A stretch of DNA of 43,972 bases, the filler included, from Jimgerdemannia flammicorona (Eukaryota), in assembly GCA_003990765.1 (NCBI GenBank). It is 2 parts of 2 records of this genome, joined end to end, with 100 filler letters (N's around TTAATTAATTAA, not from the genome) between each part and the next. Parts side by side here need not be neighbours in the genome. Positions count along the whole stretch, not along the records: positions 22,042 to 43,972 come from RBNJ01001363.1; 1 more part is not named here. One strand, 5' to 3'. The position numbers were made by a program, and so were the translations under genes. This document shows, one piece after another, positions 36,258 through 43,972 of the stretch; the stretch's first letter is position 1; each line of letters opens with the position of its first letter. A model generated the notes under the pieces. That model was not told where the DNA came from. It searched no databases and saw nothing but the letters and a program-made list of their open reading frames with translations.

Positions 36258-37014
36258 TGATATGACCAAATTATAAAATAATCCACTATCCACTTAACGA
36301 GGGTCGTAGCGACGAGGACGCTGGATTGCCCTTGTCGTCTCGCACCCATATGTTCCTACAGACATTCTTACTACGTTGCGATAAAGAGCGCATCTCTGTA
36401 CAAATCATAGCTTATCCTACGCATCCCGCTTCCACGCGCGGCCCATGTCCATGCCTGTATATTCTTAGCCTTACTGCATTGTATCGATTTCAAGACCTGT
36501 ACATAATTGCATATAAAGCCATTTTGGTTTGAACAACGTCCTTTAAAACGAACTCTTTACAATGTTATCGGAATTCGGAACACGCTCTCATAACCCGGGG
36601 GGGGGGTGTAGGGGGTGGGGGGGATAGCGTGTGATAGCGGAGAAAGGCTTGGAGCTTTCGCGCCCAAATATGAACAAGCTCTTATCATAGGACACTGGCT
36701 CCTAGCAAGACCCTTAACAAATTCACTGTAACACCGTTTTCTCAGAGCAATGGTAGATAAAAATTTAAACTGCCGTTCGGGTAATAGCGCTTTTTGTTTT
36801 ATGTTTTTTGTTTTTTTTTTCTGACTAGGCGTATATACATGTCAGACGAAATAAGAAAAACTACGAGAAGGGGTCCATCGGTGAGTCCCTCACTTTGCGC
36901 TAGTGCACGTGATCATGTATATGCTGCATGCTACGCAATACCGCCTATCCATAATTATATACTCAGCGGCCTTTGAACTTGTTTAGAGTTCCTGTGATGT
37001 CAACGACGTATGCG

Positions 37015-37580
37015 TTACGGCTTTGAACCCCGAGTGGATTTATACATGATCAAAGAAAAAAAGACAGTATTTTCGAGTTTTTCCTCCGCCTCAACAGCAT
37101 GCTCAAGGTCCCACTTCTGGTTATGGTTGTTTTCGTGACACTTATGCCACACAATGATCTCGGCGCCGTCATCTATGGACTCACCGCGGATGTGGAGCAC
37201 GAGCTCAGGGTTTGCGAGGACATAGATGTAACTGTCCTGGTGGCCAAACGCTGGTTGTCCTGGTAGTCGGCCTTCATGTGTTTGTGATATTGGCAAATAC
37301 GACGATCGGCCTCGAGTTGGCCAGACTCGATGTCGAGCACAAGGCCGGAGTGCTTGTTGATCAGGAAGCCATCTTCGGAGTGCTGCTGCTTGGTGTAGGC
37401 AATGATGTAGGTGCCAGCCTAATGGGAGATGGGGATGAAGGCACGGGAATGGTGGGGTTTAGTGGAAAAGGTCCATAGTATATAATAATCACATAAATCG
37501 TGACCTCCACCTTGGACGTCCAACACCTTACTGGTGCGGGAGCGAATGTAGAAGTAGCCTTAGGGAAATTCCTGATGCAT
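37015..37580 (-). pseudogene. Ricin-B (CBM13) beta-trefoil lectin pseudogene
   Basis: MHQEFP*GYFYIRSRTSKVLDVQGG (TAA at 37560-37562), intron, then EDGFLINKHSGLVLDIE...DNQR, a 1-nt frameshift near 37247, then FGHQDSYIY...ELVLHIRG...NQKWDL. Confidence 0.85.
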
Positions 37581-37627
37581 GTTTCGATGTTCCCGGAGAT
37601 GCCGTCGAATAAACAAAAAGGCACTCA

Positions 37628-37721
37628 TATGAGGCGGTCACTTTTAAAATGTTACTTCTGGTGGCTTAGTATGACTCAAAACAGGAAGAAAGTAACTTTT
37701 TGAAAGTGGTCACCTCATTTA
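37628..37721. repeat. Short hairpin (~30-bp inverted arms), MITE-like relic
   Basis: ATGAGGCGGTCACTTTTAAAATGTTACTT and AAGTAACTTTTTGAAAGTGGTCACCTCAT; shares a 38-nt segment with 34486-34523. Confidence 0.6.
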
Positions 37722-38061
37722 TACTTTCTCCACTAGATTAGATATACTGATTTTCACCACGAGACGCGGGTACGGAACAATATAACAATATGCAAACTGC
37801 AATGGCATGAGTACATTTTATTCCCCATCACCATTTTGTTTGGGAACCCTTCTCTTACATGTTTCACGTGTGGGTCTGGTTCGTCCTAAGAGGTGGTGTA
37901 CGCAAAGCTGCAGTGGCTTGGTGTATACATCTTCCATTCCTCACTTTGTTCATAGTAATACATATATATAATGCTCAGCTTAAGTTGACTTTAATCATAT
38001 TCACCCCTTCTTTTCTATCAACTATATTAATACTATATTACTCAACCTTATAGTCAGAATT

Positions 38062-38979
38062 TTCTTATTTATTTATTTATTTTATTTTATTTTATTTTAT
38101 TTTTTAATAGACTTAAGTTCTGTGGATTTTTATTGAAAGGAAACATAGACTATATAGGCCAAAACCCTCCCCCACCCCTGCCCTGAGAACTACATCCCCA
38201 TGAACCTAGGTTAGCTATTGTCTAGCAGCTCAACCATACCAGGTATAGTAGGGCTTATATTAGTCTATATATATCTCATTCTATATACTATATTCTTTCT
38301 ATTATTAGAGAGAAAGTAACCATATGTATATGACCAAAGATATATATCCAAAACCCCAACATATATACAAGGTCATGTCTGAGTCAATTTGCATAGTCTC
38401 TACTATCTTAAATAGAGTAATAGATAAAGAAAACCTCTATAAAAAATACAGAATAGTAGATAGAACCTAGTTCTCTCTAATAAGATAAGTAGAAGACTTA
38501 TATATGTATGAGATGAGAGGAGATCCTCAATACCCCATTACTCAAGTCTGTAGGCCTTGATTGTATTGCTATATCAGCTCTCAGTTCTAGTTAAGTATAA
38601 TTAAGATGTCTAATCTGAGTAGTCTCAGATCTCTCAATAACTCTCAATAATTAGAGTCTAATCTCATATTACTAAGAGTTACTGAGAGTGATACATATCT
38701 ACTATCTAACTACTTTGTACCAATCAGAAGACCCTATCAATTTATATATATAATACTTATATGTATCAGCTCAACAATTGTTATCAGTTTAGTACTCTAC
38801 TAGTTTACTATAATTATTCTTTCTTCTATCTATAATTACTATCTCCTCTCTCATCCTGATGCTACCTAAAAAGCAGTTATCTATACTAAAACTACACTTA
38901 TTAGAAAACTCACCAAAGCTCAGAGAGCCCTACTATAGATACTGGAGATCTATAGATAATCTATACTAATACTTGATAC
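38062..38979 (-). mobile_element. Decayed LINE-like 3' end with degenerate A-rich tail; same family as 22042-22191
   Basis: A (TTTTA)n tail followed by GGATTTTTATT...AGACTATATAGGCCAAAACCCTCCCCCACC, matching the reverse complement of 22055-22175. Assignment beyond ~38240 is inferred from continuous CpG depletion. Confidence 0.65.
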
Positions 38980-39079
38980 TAGTGCTCTGAATGAGTCAAT
39001 TTGAATCAAATCTAGATTTGATTCATCACATAATGGTTTGATCTAAATCTCAAATCCAAAGCTATCTGAATCAACTTAG

Positions 39080-39390
39080 AATAATCTAAATTACCTTATC
39101 TGAATTGCTCTATTCAAATTACCCATCCAAATCACTCCATCTAAACCACTTCATCCAAACCACTCAATCTGAATTACTCAATCTAAATCACTCAATCTGA
39201 ATTACTCAATCTGAATTACTTAATCTAAATTACTCAATCTGAATTACTCAATCCAAATAACTCAATCTGAATTACTCAATCTGAATTTTCTAATTTGAAT
39301 CCTCCAATTTGAATCCTCTAATTTGAATCCTTCAATCCAAATTCTCATCTGAATCCTTTAACTAAATCCTCCAATCTGAATCCTCCATAT
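39080..39390. repeat. Tandem array of 14-bp (ACTCAATCTGAATT) then 13-bp (CTCCAATTTGAATC-like) units; hAT subterminal repeats
   Basis: Roughly 20 degenerate units directly inside the left TIR. Confidence 0.85.
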
Positions 39391-42149
39391 AACTCATATG
39401 CTAGATATATCTATATATACAATATACAAATATATATATTAACAGATCAGTCTTCAACAGTTCACAGTACTGATGATGCTTCAAGTCAAATATCCCTGAT
39501 AGTTCCATACCTTTTATGCAATCCTTGTTCTGAAATCTGACAATATTGTACTAAGACAGAAGATAATATTATTTATAACTATTGCAGATAAAAAATTAAA
39601 ATACATCTATTAATATAACTGACACTTTTGTTTAATATATATATGATACTATTTCATCTATCCCTATAAACTACACCAGTCAGAAGTTCAAAATGCTTGA
39701 TGGTATGACTTCAAACATATATCAACACATAAAAGATAAGCATTCTAACAAAATTAAAAAGAATATAGAGACAAATAAAATTGACATCCAAGTTGTAGTG
39801 AGTATATTTATCTAAATTGCCTGACTATTTCTGTACCAATAACCCTGTTTAATCAAAAATATTTAGTCATACTCTTTAGTAGAATTTCAAAATTAGCTCA
39901 TTTACTAGATTATATATATAGACCAGCCATTCACAACTATCAAGAGTGATCAATTGCATAGTATCTTTGACCTCTTCAGTATGATTTATATTTGCCAAGT
40001 ATTGATACTATTCACAAAGATGTCCTGGAGGCCTATAGAAAGGAGCATGACAATCTCCACCAGATACTTTAGGTAAAATAAGAGCAGTATCATGACCTTT
40101 TCAAGCTGAATTATATATATATTTTTTATAAAGAGCTCACCAATTTAACCTTATATTCAATAAGTAGAATTCAGTAGATAAAATTTTATTTACAATTGAT
40201 ACATGGACATTCTCTAATGTAATTTCATTTCTGGACATTACTGATCATTAGATTGACCTTGATTGATAGCTTAAATCTCTCACCCTTGACTTTGTCAAAC
40301 TTGCTGGCCCTCATTCTAGAGACAATATCACAGATACTTTTATTAGTTATATCTGGAAGCTTGAGATCACAACCAAGATAAAAAAGAGAGGCTTGCCATC
40401 AGATCAGAATTTTGAGAGAGATCCTAAAACAAAACAGATTTTATTAGTTATTTATTTTCATATAAATTTGCTGACTGAATATTTCCAGTACAGATTTTGA
40501 CCATTATAATAGACAATGCTACAAACAACTCAACATTTTTCTAAGTTTTAACAGCTAGCCTCAAACAGAAAAACATGGCCTTTAGTGCAGAAAGCTATCA
40601 TGTACAATACTAGGCCTATATACTGAACCTCACTGTTCAGGACTATCTTACACATATAGACAAAATATCTGAGAGAGAAGGAGCTCTGAGTATAATTTCC
40701 AAGCTGTACAAACTGGTTGTGTTGGTCTAATCATCCTCACAATAATAAGACAAATTTGCTATATAGTGTAGAACAATCAGTTTAGTCCTGAAAGAGCTTA
40801 TATTAGACATCTATATATATTGGAACTCAATATTTATAATGATCCAGCACATGCTGGAGTTTGCTATGATATGTATTCTTTTTTTCTTTAGTTAGCTGAA
40901 GCAACTTATTTTGGATGATTGAAGATTTTTTTTTTAAAAAAAAAAAAATAAAAAAAGCCATTAGATTCAATAGTGACTGCTGATAAGGAAATATGGGGCA
41001 AGGCTCTAGGTAAAAGCAAGTGAGACATACTTAGAAATATTATCAGAGTTTTGGAAGTAAGTAGTAATTGCTTTAGCTCTATACTCATTTTGTCTGCCTT
41101 CATACAATACAATACCTCACTATATATAACTATCAGTATTTTGATGATTGTATGAAGGATATAGTCAAACAAACAACCCTGACAATAAGCTCTACAATAC
41201 TAGTATACAACCTTCTAATTGACTGGTTAGAGGACAAGCTCAAGGATAGGCTAGAAGGTTGCAGTAATTTATAGTTAAGTCTGGATCAGAGAGATGCTAT
41301 AGAGGTTACTCTATGTAAGCTCAGAAAATACTACTTTAAAACAGATACTGCTGTATACTCAATCAGTATAGATATGTTGGCATGTGGCTATTACTCCTTC
41401 CAAAATAGAGAAACTCTTATAAAAACTTGCTCTCTTTTCTCCAAATAGTGCTGGACCTATGCTTAAAGCTATAATACTATAAAGATTAAAGCTGGAAGTA
41501 GTACTTTATTGGGAGAACCAAGCAGGCTGTAATCAAAGTGTACTGGAAAAACTATATACCACTGCAAGATTCTGACTGAAGTCCAGATAAATATACTAAG
41601 AGATCTCTCTTATCTCATATTTACTTCAACAGAAAGAGAAAGAGAGAACCATCAGTGAAAGAGCTACATCAATAGACAAACTTACTATTTACCTCACCAG
41701 TGACTATATAATCTTGCTGGAGAGTATAAAGGTGCTCAACTAGTGGAAGGTGGGTTGTCAGATGGGCATTGGGTCAATTTAACCTACTAATCTAACCACT
41801 GCTCTTATTCACTAAGACATACAGCTGCATTAAATGAACTTCTCCAGTCTATATGATATGGCTTAGAACTACCTGGTAATTCCTGCCTATAGTACTCCCA
41901 TCAAGCAGGTATTCTCAGATAGGGTAAATCTTATTATTCCAAAGAGGTGTGTGCTAAATACTGAGACAATCTGAGTATATATATATCTGAAGTCTTAGTA
42001 GGGCTCAGACTGCTAAAATTTAGCAGGTCTTGAGAGTTTACAGACAAGTTAGTTGGTCTTATGGAATATTTAATATCTTTCAAAAATAAAAAGAAAAAAA
42101 ATCTGAGAACTTAACCTGGAGTTTGCAACCCAAGTGGGGCAGTAGTTGA

Positions 42150-42640
42150 TAGAGAGAGTATGCAAAATTTGCAGTCCTCTACCAGTAGTAAGGGGTAGCC
42201 CCAAGCTATCAGTACCCAGGTCAGTGGGTGGGTAGGTGGGCAGGTCAGTGGGTGAATTGGTGGGTGTGGGGTCAGTGGAGGGAGCATGCAAAATTTGCAG
42301 CCCTCTGCTAGTAATAAGGGGCAGTCTTAAGCTATAAGTATCCAGGATGAGATATTGGTGGAGAGGGGGTAGGCAGAAAGAGTGTGTAAAATTTGTGACT
42401 CTCCATCAGTAGTGAGGAGCAGCCTCAAGCTGTCAGTACTCAGGTCAGTGAGCAGAGTCAGTTGGTAGGATTGGTGGGTATAGGGTCAGCAGAGAGAGCA
42501 TGTAAAATTTGCAGCCCTCTGCTGGCAGCAAGGGGCAGCTCCAAGCTGCAAGTATCTGAGACAGGCAGGGTAGGTGAAGGGAGTATGTAAAATTTGCAAC
42601 TCTCTATCAGCAGTATAGGAGTAGCCCCAAGCCATCAAGG
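42150..42640. repeat. Five degenerate tandem units of ~85-125 bp with core GAGYATGYAAAATTTGCA
   Basis: Unit starts near 42152, 42277, 42376, 42492 and 42576, each followed by CTCT.CCAG..G..AGGGG.AGC.CAAGCT. Confidence 0.85.
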
Positions 42641-42649
42641 AGTCTAAGT

Positions 42650-42740
42650 CTGAGTCAGAGAGTACTTCTGGTAGTCAGAGGGTACTTCTGGCAATCAAAG
42701 GGCATTTCTGATGATTAGAGGGTGCTTTTGGTAGTCAGAG
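42650..42740. repeat. About four 20-bp tandem units (AGTCAGAGGGTACTTCTGGY)
   Basis: Seen directly in the sequence. Confidence 0.8.
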
Positions 42741-43909
42741 TTCACCACAGATTCAGGTTCTATGAGCACCCTAGCCCTGTACTACAGTACTATACTGGCA
42801 GTACTGCAGAGCAGAGCTAAGGAGCTGGTAAGGCCTAACATAATGGCTAAACTAGTGCTACAGAAGAGGTACCTGACTGTCAGCCCAACCCATACAAAAT
42901 GACTGCTGAACTCTCACAAAAGATTGCCTAACCCTTATAAAAACTGCTCCACTTACTAATCCCAGGCCTTAATGAGTCTGTTATCTATTATGAGTATGAT
43001 AACTATTGTGTCTGAGCTCTTCTCAAAGGTGATGGTACTATGGTAGTTATATAGTTAGAATAGAATGGCCATGTTGGCTGCAAATGGGACCTCAAAACCA
43101 TAGGTGAGATTATACTAGACTCTGCCACTATCCTCTCAGATTGAGCCCTTCCTTTTCAGGACATAGAATATTACCAAGATGATGTTGTTGTCTATATATA
43201 TAGGTAGAGAAACATTACATCTGATGTATCCTAATATGACATAAGTGTATAGTTGGGTGAACCCTTGATCCAAGACCTTGTACTGCCAGGCTATGCTGAT
43301 GGATGCCTGCCCTTGGTCCAGCCCCAGGAGCCCTGGCTTGGAAACCTGTCAAAATGGATGGTAACTGGTCAGTTCTTTTTGTATACAGAGGAGCAGAAAC
43401 CCCAGAAACCCCCCAGACTGCAGTACCTAAAAAAAGTAGAGCTCCTCACCTTATATAGTATGCTAAATTGTACTAAGAATATATATATAGCCATGCCAAG
43501 ATTACCACCAAGCTGACCTGCTGTATGCTCTACCAATCTGCTAAAAGAACCCCAGATTATAGCTGTCATTATCATATAGACTGTATCATACTCATATATA
43601 GTTTACTCTTTGACAGTACTTTTAAAGTTCCAGTAGGGGTACAGAATCTTGTATATCTCTGGAATTGTATCAAAAAGAGTATATTGGTGAAGAGTGTGAT
43701 TTATCTGAGGAGGAGTAAAAAAAAGAGAGACAAGTGTGGGGGATTTCAGAACTCTGGAACCCACTCTTTACCAGTATTGCAGTATACCCAATTCCCATCC
43801 AAACCCTCTCTCCTTACTTTTTTTGCCCTCTCTTTCCTGCTACTCAGTATTTGATACAATCTTTGCAAATCTTGTTAATGTGACAGTAAAGCTCATTGCT
43901 GTAGAGATT

Positions 43910-43972
<63 letters not shown>

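Larger units (their letters stand above)
38980..42773 (+). mobile_element. hAT DNA transposon relic with decayed, intron-containing transposase (~39450-41990)
   Basis: Left TIR TAGTGCTCTGAATGAGTCAAT matches the MITE. BED-finger relic GMTSNIYQHIKDKH; catalytic segments FTIDTWT...FLDITDH*ID and IDNATN; ILNLTVQ; WNS; dimerisation domain YLVIPAYSTPIKQVFS. The right boundary is uncertain. Confidence 0.88.

Noticed and set aside
36597..36623. G-run cluster (possible G-quadruplex)
   Set aside because: Simple low-complexity tract with no supporting context.
39080..39390. Possible CRISPR or telomere-like array
   Set aside because: There are no unique spacers, the context is eukaryotic, and the array lies inside a hAT end.
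42150..42640. Repeat-plus-variable-spacer pattern resembling CRISPR
   Set aside because: The spacers are related G-rich variants, the repeats are degenerate, and there are no cas genes.
43913..43972. Terminal poly-T
   Set aside because: Could be a retroposon tail or a contig-end artefact; it cannot be resolved at the window edge.

Overview
Eukaryotic, intron-rich DNA, most likely from an early-diverging fungus (Mucoromycota-like; inferred from gene content and intron style). Two CpG-rich gene islands (~12.8-21.9 kb and ~29.3-37.9 kb) alternate with nested transposon blocks that are nearly free of CpG. Genes: a frameshifted Crinkler-like PD-(D/E)xK effector, a TIM-barrel sugar-phosphate isomerase/epimerase, a BCH/CRAL-TRIO+RhoGAP gene, a mitochondrial PPR gene cut by an artificial 100-bp gap, a PrlC/OpdA-type oligopeptidase with a presequence, a small single-exon gene, and a ricin-B lectin pseudogene. 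Mobile DNA: a young L1/Tx1-like LINE, two dUTPase-carrying Ty3/Gypsy elements plus a third integrase relic, a foldback hAT MITE with an 8-bp TSD, a related hAT transposase relic, and several LINE 3' ends. Main signals: (1) repeat-restricted C-to-T hypermutation that goes beyond CpG (34 of 35 LTR-LTR differences are transitions, many CpA to TpA), which looks RIP-like in a lineage where RIP is not an established mechanism; (2) dUTPase in the Gypsy pol genes; (3) an LTR-end/PBS-like leader directly upstream of LINE ORF1. All alignments and exon calls were made by eye.
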